This document shows, piece by piece, positions 1 to 12,800 of a stretch of 64,000 nucleotides of DNA (positions are counted from its first letter, which is position 1; each line of letters starts with the position of its first letter). A program made the translations under genes and the position numbers. Origin of the DNA: Octopus vulgaris (taxonomy: Eukaryota); the NCBI GenBank assembly GCA_951406725.2, contig OX597823.1:35278001-35342000 (forward strand), in the 5' to 3' direction. A model generated the notes under the pieces. It was not told the DNA's origin. It searched no databases and saw only the letters and a program-made list of their open reading frames with translations.

Positions 1-59
1 TTCCATATCTATTTCTGCAAGAATTCTACTCCACCTAATTCGTTTTTTTTTCCTTTTTT

Positions 60-420
60 TAAATATAAATATTACCTCTGACTAACCTAAGTTATTATGC
101 CTCATAAAAACCACACTTCATTCTTAAATACTAAATTTAAATATTCCTAATTCTAGGAACCTACATCTTGGTTGCCCCCCTTCCATTATATTTTAAAGTT
201 TTTGATATGTGTGCCAATTAATACCTTATTTACTAGAAATATTCTGATAAAAAAGCTCTTCTAAATCCCCTTAATTAATATTCAAAACCTGATAAAGAAT
301 AGATAATAATATTTAGGTTATTTGGTTTCTATTTCTACAAAACAACCCCACCTTCATGATCTTTGTATGTATTAGTAAGCTTTTAAAATAGATTTTCAAT
401 ATCGTGGCCAGGACCCCAGA
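60..420 (+). mobile_element. Possible highly decayed PLE ORF N-terminal fragment
   Basis: Manual translation gives TSWLPPS and KPDK pieces, resembling the W-x-PP and DKG motifs upstream of PLE RTs; many stops. Confidence 0.25.
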
Positions 421-726
421 TCTTTCTAGTTAACTAAATAATTTGAAACTTCGTGTACTCATAGAGTGGAACTAGTTTATTTGAGAAAAATCTATTTTAT
501 GACTTTAATCGTAGATTAAAACTGCGAATTTTAACCAATGAGATTGCTTGTTTTCATATGTAAAACGTTACTGCGATCTGTTAGTGTGACGTTGAAAGCA
601 GTTTTGACGTAGTCTGCTCTCTCTTTGTAAGTCTGTCTGCCTCCCCCTCTCTTACTATATTACATTTATCTTGCTTGAACTCATTGAAATAAAACGTCCT
701 CCTTTTTTTCTGTCTGTCTGTCCTTT

Positions 727-768
727 TCTCTCTCTCTCTCTCCCTCTCTCTCTATCTCTCTCTCTCTA

Positions 769-841
<73 letters not shown>

Positions 842-845
842 GTAT
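727..845. repeat. (CT)n/(CTAT)n microsatellite
   Basis: Direct reading. Confidence 0.95.
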
Positions 846-1464
846 ATATGTATGTTCATATATGTATGTAAATATTTATGAAATAAATAAACACACATAT
901 TCGTGCGGATGTATTAAATATCTAAAATGTGTGAGCCTTATATAATTAAACTGATGATATATATATATATATACACATATATATATATATGTGTGTGTGT
1001 GTGCGTGCGTGTAATGTATGTATAATTATATATATGCGTGTGTGAGCGTGTGTGTGTGTGTGTGTGTGTGATGAAAGGCAAAATCGACCTCGGCGGAGAT
1101 GCCACTTCTTAATAGCAAACGAAAGCGCTTTGTTTACATTTAAGATGTTTAATACGTCACGAAATTGGTGGTCGAGACGGAGTAAATAAAATAAAGCCGA
1201 ATGACGGAATATCATTGGTTAAAATTCTAATTATTAAACAACGTTAAACTTAGAAGTTACAATTCCGTTTTCATTCTGGTTTACAATTAAGTTTACTTTT
1301 GACACATTCTACCAGTATACGAAGTTTCAAATTGTTTGGTTCAGTAGGAAAAATTTGAAAAAACTGGCTTCAGAATAGAAAAGATCCATGGATTTTAAAT
1401 AAAGAAAATGAAAATATTTTACAAGTACCAATTAATAAATATAAATTATCATATTCTCCTAGAC

Positions 1465-2050
1465 ACTCACATACATACGTAGCACATGAATACAAACATA
1501 CATACATACCTACGTATGGGCATACACACGTACATACGCACGTACATGTACGCACACACATACATGGGCACATGCATACGAGCGCGTATACATACATACG
1601 CACATGCGTACGTATGTACATACATACATACATACATACATACATACATACATACATACGCACATACATACATACGAACAATAGTAAAACATTAGTTCTG
1701 TGATATAGAGATAAAAATCTGATAATAGATTTTAGGGTATAGTTCTTGTGAGCAAGCGTCATAAATTCACTTTCTAGCCTCGGCCGTAGGGAGTTGAAAT
1801 TTGATAGCGTTGTGATGAGTGGTCACTCTACATCCATCCATCGCTACAGGTTTATAGCTTTATGTTTTATAGAGTGTATGTGCGTGCTTATACACACACA
1901 TACATATATACATACATACATACATACATACATACATACATACATACATACATACATACATGCATACACAGGCGTATGTGCGTACATGCATACGTACATA
2001 CATACACACATGTATGCATACATACATACACACATACATACGTACATATA
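1465..2050. repeat. Two (CATA)n-type microsatellite blocks (1465-1680, 1890-2050)
   Basis: Direct reading. Confidence 0.9.
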
Positions 2051-2209
2051 TATGACGAACTAACAGTTACTTTCTTAGATGCAGCACGGACTTTGTCAGT
2101 GAACAGGTCGCGGATTTTAGCGACGAAAATATTTTGACAAATTAAACTTAAATGTTGGAGTGAATCGAACGGCTTTTGTGTGTTTCTTAAATGGCTTATA
2201 AACACCTTC

Positions 2210-3503
2210 CACGCTGCAATAATAATAACTTTTTCTTAGATCTATAATAGAACTCAAAATTTTATAAAAGTCTTATTAATAATATAACTTTTAACCAATA
2301 GCTTGATCATTTCTTTACCCGATATTAAACACTAGTCATTCATGACAACTCCCATGATAAGGAAATATTAATTTTAATCTCGAAATTATAAAATTATAAT
2401 GTAATTATAAGAGATTTTCTTATAGCAGCTTACCTCACCTATTAATATAAATAAGCTAGGTATATTCTATAATAATTTTTTAGAACACAAATCTATTCTA
2501 CCCCTTATCTACAATATTCTACAATAACTTTATATTTATTTTTCAATTTACTTATATAAATTCCTTCACTTTAATTTTAAACCATTTTATCTTACTCATT
2601 TACCCACTATATCATTTTACTGATAATACATTTCTATTGAGTTCACACTTAACCTATACAGAACCATACTGATATAATTCCCTATCTATTTTATAACACA
2701 AGAAATATATTCTAAAGTCATTAGCCTGTAGAAAATATATGAAATGTTTAACATATTCCTTTAATTTATCTCATTAATACCAATAAATTACTATTTACTA
2801 ATTAACTATAAATTTATATTAAATTGATATAGAAAATTATATAAATATGAAATTATTTCTATATTCTCCATCCCTATATTGTGTAAAATACTAAAATTAT
2901 TCTGATTCTTTGAAAAAACTCCCTAAAATGTACCTATTTATTTCAAATCACCATTAGGATTATGGCTGTTAAATGGTTGAGTATTATAAGTTTTCACTCC
3001 CCCTACCCCATCTACTTTAGCTTACTAATTTTGGTTGAAATATATTCTACTTGACCCAAATAGTGTCTACTTCAAAGGGATCTTGACTTATGGCTCTGCC
3101 ACTTAAACTGTCTTTTTCTCTATCTACAAAAGATAGATTCTTGTTTTCCACTAGACCTGATAAACTAGTCTATAAACTTAAATCCCCTCCCCCAGTAGTA
3201 AATCTAAACAACAAAGTAAAATCAATGATAAGCAGTGTCTTCATGAAAAATATCAGTTACTACTATGTTTTTGTTGATGAAACTTGTTTCTCTGTCTACC
3301 TACTTACCCTTTTAGCGATTTTGGTTAATGGAATAAATATGAAAATGAATCTTTTAAATTTAACTAAATTCTATATTTGTATGCAGCTGAAGATTGCTCT
3401 ACATTTTAAAACTCATGTAATACTTGCATTGTTCAATTAAATGGAGTCGCATGAAACGATCGTACTGCATTACCTCTGGATATCCTTGTTGCTTATTTTG
3501 ATT
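2210..3503 (+). mobile_element. Decayed PLE 3' part with pseudo-LTR
   Basis: FLDL-like remnant near 2230; ends in a hammerhead-containing segment homologous to 5640-5800. Confidence 0.45.
3381..3470 (+). ncRNA. Type I hammerhead ribozyme motif
   Basis: Stem I ATGCAG/CTGCAT, core CTGAAGA (3387-3393), long imperfect stem II, GAAA (3453-3456), palindromic stem III ACGATCGT, GUA triplet. Confidence 0.75.
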
Positions 3504-3579
3504 ATATATATATATATATATATATATAATCAAAATAAGCAACAAGGATATCCAGAGGTAATGCAGTACGATCGTTTCA
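3452..3579. repeat. Perfect inverted repeat (~52 bp arms) centred on (TA)n
   Basis: TGAAACGATCG...TTTTGATT mirrored by AATCAAAA...CGATCGTTTCA. Confidence 0.95.
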
Positions 3580-3773
3580 GGACGAGCAGACAAGAGGTGT
3601 AAGTTTATACAGCGATTTATTTCAGGCGTGAAATAGCAGTACAAAGGCCCGAGGCGGCGTGAGTGGCGAGCGTGGCAGGCGAGAGGGACACGATTTACAT
3701 CAGTCGAGTGCCAGAAGAGGAGTAATCAAGATGAGTCATTTTCTTAGGTATATATATATATATACCTAATACA
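3580..3773 (-). repeat. Inverted copy of the first ~195 bp of the Gypsy LTR at 4291
   Basis: Reverse complement matches 4291-4484 with no differences seen. Confidence 0.95.
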
Positions 3774-3788
3774 TATATATATATATAT

Positions 3789-4247
3789 ATATTCTCTCCA
3801 ACGTCGTCGTGAGCGCTACATCATCTGCATGATGTGGAAAATATTCCATCAGCATTGCCCAAATGATGTTGGCATCACCTTTAAGGTACATCCAAGGCTT
3901 GGGCCCCGTGCCATCCGCCCAAAACAAAAATCGCACTCTCATCTCATAACAACAATACGGCACAATTATTTCACCTCAATTGGCCCCGCTCTCTTTAACA
4001 TTACACCAAAACACATTAAAACAGAAACTGACCCTATAGGGTTCAAGAAGTCTTTGGACAGATTCCTTCAAGAAATCCCGGATAAACCCCCTACACCCGG
4101 ATATGTCTCTGTAAACAATAACTCTCTACTTGAGTGGGCCATAGTGCCCAAATTCTGACTTGAAAGACTTCACCAGGTGGTGCTATTAAGTTAGACATGG
4201 CCTGGGCCAATAATGGCCGAAACCTATCAAAGTATCAAAGTATCAAA

Positions 4248-4249
<2 letters not shown>
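3789..4249 (+). mobile_element. 5'-truncated CR1-group LINE 3' end
   Basis: YSLQRRRERYII..WKI...GPALFN...FKKSLDRFLQEIPDKP C-terminus; short 3' UTR with (ATCAAAGT)x3 tail. Confidence 0.8.
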
Positions 4250-4290
<41 letters not shown>

Positions 4291-4295
<5 letters not shown>

Positions 4296-4728
4296 TAGGT
4301 ATATATATATATATACCTAAGAAAATGACTCATCTTGATTACTCCTCTTCTGGCACTCGACTGATGTAAATCGTGTCCCTCTCGCCTGCCACGCTCGCCA
4401 CTCACGCCGCCTCGGGCCTTTGTACTGCTATTTCACGCCTGAAATAAATCGCTGTATAAACTTACACCTCTTGTCTGCTCGTCCTTTCAACTACTGCTTT
4501 CGTCTGTCCAGTTTTGCTGATTACGACCACAGTCCTTTTCAGGGCTAATTCAAGTCTGATCTGAATGCGATAACAGTCCTTTTTAGGACTATTCTCAGAT
4601 CCGATCTAATTGCGATAACAGTCCTTTTTAGGACTATTTTTGGATCGGATCTAATTGCGATAACCTTCCTTTTAAGGGCTACCCTCAGATCAGACCAGAA
4701 GTAGTGGCCAAGAATCATACCCACTACA
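4291..4728 (+). mobile_element. Gypsy 5' LTR with internal ~45-bp tandem repeat (4529-4696)
   Basis: TGTA...TACA termini, followed 2 nt later by a PBS and a gag ORF. Confidence 0.8.
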
Positions 4729-4730
4729 AT

Positions 4731-4743
4731 TGGTGACCCCGAC
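4731..4743 (+). promoter_or_regulatory. Primer-binding site, tRNA-Trp
   Basis: TGGTGACCCCGAC is complementary to the eukaryotic tRNA-Trp 3' end (GUCGGGGUCACCA). Confidence 0.8.
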
Positions 4744-4777
4744 AACGAATCAAGCGAACAGCATATCAAGAATCAGC

Positions 4778-5326
4778 ATGGGCACGCCAAAACCAACAAC
4801 AGAGGCTAATATACCAACCACGCAAGCAGCTTTAACCATGAAGGTCCCGGTTTTTTGGTCCAACGACCCAGCCCTGTGGTTCGTTCACATAGAAGCACAA
4901 TTCGCCGCGAATAGAATCAAGCACGACTCTGCAAAACTCACGCACATCATTGGGTCAGTCCCACCAGAAGTATTGGCTGAGGTGAGAGACCTAGTCATGG
5001 CACCGCCAGGCACGGTGTCGTACGAAGCTTTCCGCAAGGAATTAATAATGCAAACTACCGCATCACAGCAGAGACGACTCAACCAACTCGTATCTGCAGA
5101 AGAGTTGGGGGACAGAAAACCGTCCCAACTGCTGAGTAAAATGAGACAGCTGATGGAGGACCAACTGCTGTCAGAAGAGGTCCTGAAACGGCTTTTTCTA
5201 CAGCGCCTGCCCTTACCAATGCAGGGTATTCTGGCGTCGACCAACGACACAGCAACCCCGGAGGAACTTGCGCGTGTCGCAGACAGAATCGCAGATAGTA
5301 TATGGTTGGTCATTGTGACCATTTAG
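4778..5326 (+). pseudogene. gag: Truncated Gypsy gag (DUF7041-like)
   Basis: PVFWSNDPALWF..EAQF, VRDL..PP, ELGDRKPSQLL motifs; homology lost near 5300; no pol follows. Confidence 0.85.
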
Positions 5327-5675
5327 CATTAACCTAGTTTTTTTAATACAAAATCTAATTGCCAAATAGGAGTAAAGTCTAAGACAATATAATCCCCTTT
5401 CCACTTTAATTTTCTTTAGGAATAACCTCTGACATTTATTTCACCCCTACCTACTTCTATAAATAGAAAATCTCATTTGTCTCCATTCAACTGAATATCC
5501 CTCCCCACTTTCTAGCAGTTCAAAATAACTTAAGAATATTCTTCAGTCAGAAGATAAATTCTAATACCTTAATGTTCTTAACCTTCAAATCAACATCTCT
5601 GTCTGTATATCTACCCTCTTTATAATGCTATCAATTAACATGAAAATAAGTATATGTATTGATGGAAAACCTCTA

Positions 5676-5768
5676 TAAATGGCTGATGATTGCTCAACAT
5701 TTTAAAACTGTTGTAATACTTACAATGTTTAATAAAATAATGTAGCGTGAAACGATCGTACCAAATTA
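5676..5768 (+). ncRNA. Type I hammerhead motif in a PLE pseudo-LTR, same family as 3381
   Basis: TGG-CTGATGA...GAAA-CGATCG-TA-CCA; stem I covaries relative to the 3381 copy. Confidence 0.65.
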
Positions 5769-5875
5769 CCGAACATATTCCTGTTGCTCATTTTGATTAT
5801 AATCACCCCATGGATTTATATGGATAACACCGCACAAAATTCTGGTGCCTCTAATTTAAGTACCACATTCATTTG

Positions 5876-5937
<62 letters not shown>

Positions 5938-6149
5938 GACATAGAGAGAAGGAGGAGAGCAGTTAAAAACTTATCTTCCATACGTATTGAATGATCAATG
6001 TTTAAATAAAACATGGACAATTTATCTTGACACGAAATGAGTGTGAAATGCGTGTGAGATGAATGAAGTTTATTTTTAAATTACGGTGGTTAATACAGAA
6101 CTAGTTTCATGTTTAATGCACAAACTAAATAAATTAGTTTCTATATAGA

Positions 6150-6600
6150 TAAACATGGTGCGATGAATATATCATCTAAATTATGCAAAATTAAAATAAC
6201 ACTGACATATCATTTTAACAGATATATTTACCAAAATTACATAAAAATATTTTGAAATACTAAAGAGTAAATTTATTCAATAAAATCTGCATTGGCTTCA
6301 ACCACGGTCTCCAGACGACGTCGAAATCTCGTGCCATCTCTAGTGATCACTCCAAACACCCTGATATTGACTAGATGTTTGGTTTTTATCACTGTCGGTA
6401 CATGTTTTGGGGACACGGCAAGCCAACGGTTGTGTTCACAATCTCTTTGTATTGGAGCTTTCTGTGCGAATGTCAAGCAGTACAGCATGTCGTTTCCAAA
6501 TTTATCAGAATTGGGGGTTTCCCTAAATATGGCTCTCAGCTGAGTATAGAAAAGCAACTGGAAACGTCTTCAGTACCCGCTATAACAATCACAATTCCTC
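6150..6600 (-). mobile_element. Deleted Tc1/mariner (maT-type) remnant
   Basis: KTKHLVNIRVFGVITRDG; terminal region homologous to 37763-37910. Confidence 0.75.
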
Positions 6601-6649
6601 TTTTAACATCCCGAAGAAACGTATCGCCACAGCCCTGGCCAAGCATGCA

Positions 6650-7500
6650 TGATCGTTGAAAAAAGCGCCACCGAGTACAACATAAAGTAGAAGATTTTAG
6701 AGAAATGTAAAACGTACTTCAATAGCAGCAGGAAGTGCAGATTATGCCTGGCTAAGAAAAGAGCGATTTTAAAGAGCTCCCAACACCCAGGCATTTATCT
6801 GAAGAGCAAAACTAAAAATTTTAATCTTTGCCCAAATGAAAGGAGGTACATGTTATCATAACTACTTGCCCCATCATAACTATAACCACCAGTCCCCCAA
6901 CTTCGACCTTCCGCTAATACCTGGGAGTCCGGCAAAGAGCTTGACCTGAACATACACTAACGTACCCACAAACAAACACATGCTCCAGCACGGCAGACAA
7001 CCGCCTAAAAGATTTTACCATCGCCCCCAATATGAGCCCTTAACACATATTATACACCTATACACACTGGATGCATATATAAATGCCCCAAAGAAAACAC
7101 TAACGAACACAGATGTGTATGCACCCGTATCAATACACACATTTCATTTCCACGAGAACACCAGCCTTAAAGACACACACATTTCCCATAAGCTTTTTTC
7201 CAGAAAACTCTCACCGACTTGCAACAAATCCACCACCACCAGATTTTGATGTTTTTGATATCATGGAACATAACTCTTAACTTAAACCCCTGCTCAATTA
7301 CTTTCATCATCTTTTTCAAGACAACCACAAACCGGATGTGTCTATTCACTTCCAGCAATAGAGAGCAGTCGTCATATTTCATCCCATAATGGCTACCTCA
7401 GAAGAGTGTAGGGTTCCATGATCGGACTGTTACCTAACACTCAGTTGAACCTCTGGTGCTAAACTGGTTGGCAAGTCAGCCATAATGGATATATAATACT
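6650..7500 (+). mobile_element. PLE GIY-YIG C-terminal fragment plus 3' region with a dead hammerhead-like fold (7385-7488)
   Basis: YNIK*KILEKCKTYFNSSRKCRLCLAKKRAI (CxLC type); ATGGCT/AGCCAT stem flanking a broken core. Confidence 0.6.
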
Positions 7501-7924
7501 GTATGCTTCAGTTAATATACCCATTCTACTGACACATATACAACAGCATTTTCTCCTGACTTATGTATTCTAAGATGACCAACACACACATGCACACACA
7601 CACATACATGTATGTATATATATATTGTGCTTTGGGAAGGTCATTACACTGCTTCCTCCAAGGTTTGCCTTGAGGCTGAAGATCGAGAAATAACAACGAA
7701 TGGAGTTGATAAGCACAAAACTGGTTGATTGTTTATCCAACGCACTAAACAAGTGATTGATTAGTCTGTTGGTTGGATATTTAACCATCTGACTAACAAT
7801 AAAGATGTGATATTCATCAAGAGGGTGTGTTTATTAGTATTGACATAATGACTTTCCCAAAAGACAAGATTTGTTTCAACACAGGAATTGACATCAAGAA
7901 TATTGCACACCAATTACAGAAACG

Positions 7925-9057
7925 AATAGTGTTTTGAATTTCCCTCAAAATAAGTCAAGGAACTTACTTATCTACAGCTTTCGAACACATAAGCAATCAG
8001 CTTCAAAACCTTTAATATCTACACCTTCTGTGAATACCTATCATTTCCTTTTCCCCTGGGTATTCGAAAATGTAAACATCCTCTCTAAGAACATTACAGT
8101 TTTCTCTGTTCGTTCAGACAAAAGATCATCTCCAGTAAATTTTAAAAACTTCATATCTACAATTTTCCGTGAAAAACTTTTACCTCCCTTTTCTTTCGGT
8201 TCCTTTTCCCCTGAATATTCGAAAATGTAAACATCCTTTTTATTGTAAAAAGCACCACAGTTTTCTCTGAACGGACATACAAAAGAACACCTAAAAAATT
8301 TAGAAATTTTAATATCTTCAATTTCGTCTTTCCGTCTTCCCTGACAAACAGAATATGTAAACATGCCTTTTATTGTAACAACACAAATGCACGATAATGA
8401 ATTAATGAAGTAATCACCTGCCAATATATACATACTGCACAACTACAAAAACTGTAAACCACAGCAAAACTTTTAAAAAGAAGAGAAAAATTCCAAAAGA
8501 AAAAAAAAACGAAATTCAGAGATTCAAAAATCCAACAAGGTGAACAGCCCTTCCTCCTACTATTTCCCCAAACTGGAATATCTACAATTTCCTGTGAATA
8601 TTTTAAATCTCCCTCAAAATAAAATAAGTTACAATAGCTTTCGAACACACAAACGATCAGCTTTAAAAAAAGAAACCTTTAATATCTACAAATACTGTGT
8701 GAATACCTATCCTTTTCTTTCTCCTTGATTATTCGAAAATGTAAACATCGTCCTCCTTTTTATTCTAAGAACACTACCATTACTCTCTGTGCGTTCATAC
8801 AAAAGACCATATTTGGTAAACCTTAAAACTTTTCTATCTACAACTTGTTTTCTTTTCTTTTTGACTCATCCTGATTATTCGAAAATGTAAACACCTTTTT
8901 CATTGCAAAAGTCCTACTGTATTCTCTAACTGGACAGACAAACGAACATCTGAAGAAAACTTAAAAACTTTAATATATTAGCCAAATACGTAAACACACC
9001 TTTTATTGCAACAACAAAATTGAATTTAGAAATTCAAAAATTCAACGACGTGAATAT
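7925..9057. repeat. Complex diverged tandem repeat (two ~0.5-0.65 kb units with ~150 bp subunits)
   Basis: TATTCGAAAATGTAAACA recurs near 8061, 8216, 8730 and 8876; 7930-8100 resembles 8600-8790. Confidence 0.8.
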
Positions 9058-9059
9058 CA

Positions 9060-9135
<76 letters not shown>

Positions 9136-9379
9136 ATAAATTATAATTTAGGATTCTGATTGACACCACCACGCTGGAAACAGCAGCCAAAACCTGACTC
9201 TAAAACCACATTAAATGTTCATACAGCACCAGGAGAGAAGACAATCCAGCAAGGGCCAAATTTTAGACCTTGGATGCATCCACGTTGTTGTGTGATCACC
9301 TTTGTGCACAAAATGAGTGCTTGCAATGTAAAGTCCATGTTCATCGCAAAGTTCCAGTAGCATGAGACCATTGCTATTA

Positions 9380-12240
9380 ATTTTCTCGACAAAACAAGAT
9401 GTTCAAAACAGATGCCAATAAATTGGCAAAAATAAGATAGAAGTAAAGGAGCCACCTAAGACTGAGAAAATGGAAGAGTTCTGGAAGAAGATATGAGACA
9501 ACAAAAAAGAATATAAAGCTAAAGCTGACTGGATAAAAAGTGAGAAAGTGAGACTGGATGAAGTTGAATAAGAATAGAAGAGCTTAGGAAGTCTAAGAAA
9601 TTGAAAACTCCAGGACGAGACCGAATTCCTAACTTCTGGCTAAATTGTCTGACAGAAGTACACCAAAATTTTGCTGCATCTCTAACTGATGTTATTCAGA
9701 ACCTAGAACAAATACCTACCTGACTGACCGAAGGAACAACATACCTTTTACAAAAACTGAAGACCCGAAAACTCCAAATAACTATCGACCAATTACACCA
9801 CCTACGCGATCCTTTTCTCGATACTAACCGAAAAGATATACAATTTCCTGGAACAGAACTCTATCATTCCACAAGCTCAAAAGGTTGTGAAAGGAATTCT
9901 TATGAATGCAAACATGAATTACCCATAAATAAAATGATTTTATAGAATTACTGGAGCAACAGAAAGAACCTGGGTATGGCATGGATAAAGTACAGAAAGC
10001 GTTTGACAGTGTCCCACATACTCAAGGCCCTTGTGATATACAAGATCTCCACTGTAGTTTCCAAATTCTTACAGGGTAGCATGGTCGAGTGGAATATACG
10101 TCTCCTTTTAAACCATCGTAATGGGATGAGCCAGTCTAACAGCACCAACATTAAACGAGGCATCTTTCAAGGTGACTCCCTCTCTACATTAATCTTTTGT
10201 ATGGCACTGATCCCACTCTGAAACTGAGTAACACCAGGTATGGGTTCAAAATGTATAATATTATAGTAAATCATCTGCTTTATATGGAAGATCTGAAGCT
10301 GTTTACTAGAAATGACAACGAGTTAGCAGGGCTGTTAACAACTGTTAAAGAGTTCGGCAACGACATCGGGATGGATTTTGGCCTTGATAAGTGTAATAAA
10401 ACAATTTTTGTGAGAGGAAAGCTCAATCAAACAACTTCTATTAAATTAGATACCAACGCTACCATCGAGGAACTTTACCCACAAGGAAGCTATAAATACC
10501 TGGGGATAAACAAAGGAGATGATATACAACACGCTACTATGAAGGAAAAATGCGAAAGAATATGAATCATACTAAAAACTGAACACGACTCTATAAATTG
10601 CATTAAAGCCATTAACACCCTGGCGCTTCCAGTAGTCTAATATAGTTTTAACATCATTAACTGGAATCTTACAAAACTCCAACGCCTGTACATGAAGACA
10701 AGAAAAGTACTAACATCTAAGAACATGCACCACCCAAAAGCAGACGTCGATCGTCTGTACCTACTTAGAAGTAATAGGGGAAGTAATGATGCAGGTAGAA
10801 CTGTGTTATAAGACCTCCACAATAGCAATGTACAGAGGATTGGATGCTGCAGCTGGTCTGCAAAGAAGAAATCAGCAAAAAATCACATTCTATTGCCAAG
10901 GAAACTAGAAAATTTGCCAGGGAACTTGACATTAACCCTGAATTAGAGGAAGAACCTGAAACCACTGCCACGATAAAAAGCAAAACGGAGAACGAGCAGA
11001 AACGAATTCAGGAGCGGTGGAGCTAGAAGCCTCTGCATGGACGGGAGGTAAAAGAAAAAAAAATGCTGGGTATAGCAGCAAAGATTTCCTGCGTACAATG
11101 GTACAAAAAACAGGAACGCTTCCTCCAACAAAACTGAGAATTCAAGTTTTTACAGAAAGTTAAACAAAAAAACTATATAAATAGATGCATTGCCAACAAC
11201 ATATGCGATTCAGTCATTCTGGTAAGCAATATGGAGTAAACCAAAAAAGCAAAACAAAAATGCTCACTGGATTAATAGGGAAAAAGGGACGGAAGAACAA
11301 AAGAGAACCACAGATATGGCCCACCATCAGAGGCCAAGAGATTACGGACAGACTGAAGAGTACCAGCAACTGGAAAACTCCTGGGAGAGACAAGGTCCCC
11401 AACTTCTGGTTGAAACACCTCACCAGTACACATAGCCACTTAGCGACAGCATTCAAATTATTGATAAGCGAGCCAAAATCAACACCAAACTGGATCCTGG
11501 AAGGACAAACCACCATAATTCCCCAAAACAAAGACACAATGCAACCAGAAAATTATAGACCGGAAAACAACAATGTTTTACCAGAATAACAAATGGGGTA
11601 CCGGAGAAGGATGAATGGCTGTACGGAGCACAAAATCACATTCTATTGTCAAAGAAGCTTGAAAATGCGCCAGGGAACATGGCATTAACCCTGAATTAGT
11701 TGAAGAACCTGAAGTAACTACCACCAAACAAGCAAAACGAATCGAGCAGACTTTAAACAAGAACGGGCAGAAACAAAATGAGGAGCGGTGGAGCCAGAAT
11801 CCCTTGCATGGACGGTATTTTCGTCGAAATCGTAATGCTGATGTAGACCAAGCAACAACCCATTAGTGGCTGAGAAGTTAAGGACTGAAAGTGGAAACTG
11901 AAGGTTTTATATTGGCTGCACAAGATTAAAGCCTGCTTGCCAGAAACTACCAGGATAGCTTTCTTCAAAACATTTCTGACTCCAAATGCAGATTCTGCGA
12001 CACATTTGACGAAACAGTAGACAATCTCGTCTCGGGATGTCTTGTGCTGACACCAAACGAATACAAAATTCGCTACGATAGGGTAGGACAGTATTTACAT
12101 TGGAAAATGTAAACACTATAAAATCAGCACTCCTGCTTACTAGTATGAACATCATCCTGAGCCAGTCGTTGACGGTAGGAATGTCACTATCCTCTGGGAT
12201 TTTCCAATCAACATTGACAGCGTGATCCAGGCTAATCGAG
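9380..12240 (+). mobile_element. Mosaic of decayed R4/Dong-type RLE LINE fragments
   Basis: WKTPGRD.PNFWL, RGIFQGDSLS, NHLLYMEDLKLF, YKYLG, CRFC..ETVDNLVSGC; pre-RT region restarts near 11050. Confidence 0.85.
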
Positions 12241-12510
12241 TAGTCAGACTTGTTCCTCACCACTGTAGCATTTCCCTTGTCTGCTGGAAGAATTATGATG
12301 GAATTGTCACACTGTAGTCTTTTGATAGCGGATGTTTCTTCCTTAGTGATGTTTGGTTTGGGAAGTCACTAAGGAAGAAACGTAGATATAATCCGTCCAT
12401 TAGCAGGAAAGTCAACATCGTACGTGAAGAATTCCACCCACTTCACAGAATTGATCAAGGATACTCCTATTGAATCCAATAAGATGGTGAGTCTAGATGT
12501 GATAAGTTAT
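12241..12510. mobile_element. Penelope/Poseidon-type RT fragments joined by an inversion
   Basis: Minus strand IIILPADKGNATVV; plus strand PLAGKSTSYVKNSTHF...MVSLDVIS. Confidence 0.75.
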
Positions 12511-12526
12511 AATGAAAGGAACTATA

Positions 12527-12582
<56 letters not shown>

Positions 12583-12599
12583 TAATAATAATTATAATT

Positions 12600-12800
12600 T
12601 TTTTACTCTAGGCACAAGACCCGAAATTTTTAGGGAGAGGACCAGTCGATTAGATCGACTCCAGTACGCAACTGGACCCCGAAAAGAAGAAAGGCAAAGT
12701 CGACTTCGAGCAGAATTTGAACTCAGAAAGTAGCGGCAGACGAAATACCGCTAAGTATTTCGCCTGGCGTGCTAATGATTCTACGCGCTCGCCGCCTTAA
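12600..12800 (-). mobile_element. tRNA-derived SINE (Meta-domain-like) next to (AAT)n at 12525-12600
   Basis: Minus strand GGCGAGC..GTTCAAAT box B, GTCGACTTTGCCTTTC central motif, ATT tail. Confidence 0.7.

Noticed and set aside
671-2205. Many 60-130 aa ORFs rich in YI/HT/VC/MY repeats (also at 19.8-21.4, 38.6 and 47.8 kb)
   Set aside because: They are translations of microsatellites that lack stop codons.
4529-4696. ~45-bp repeats resembling a CRISPR array
   Set aside because: They are contiguous tandem units with no unique spacers, inside a eukaryotic LTR.
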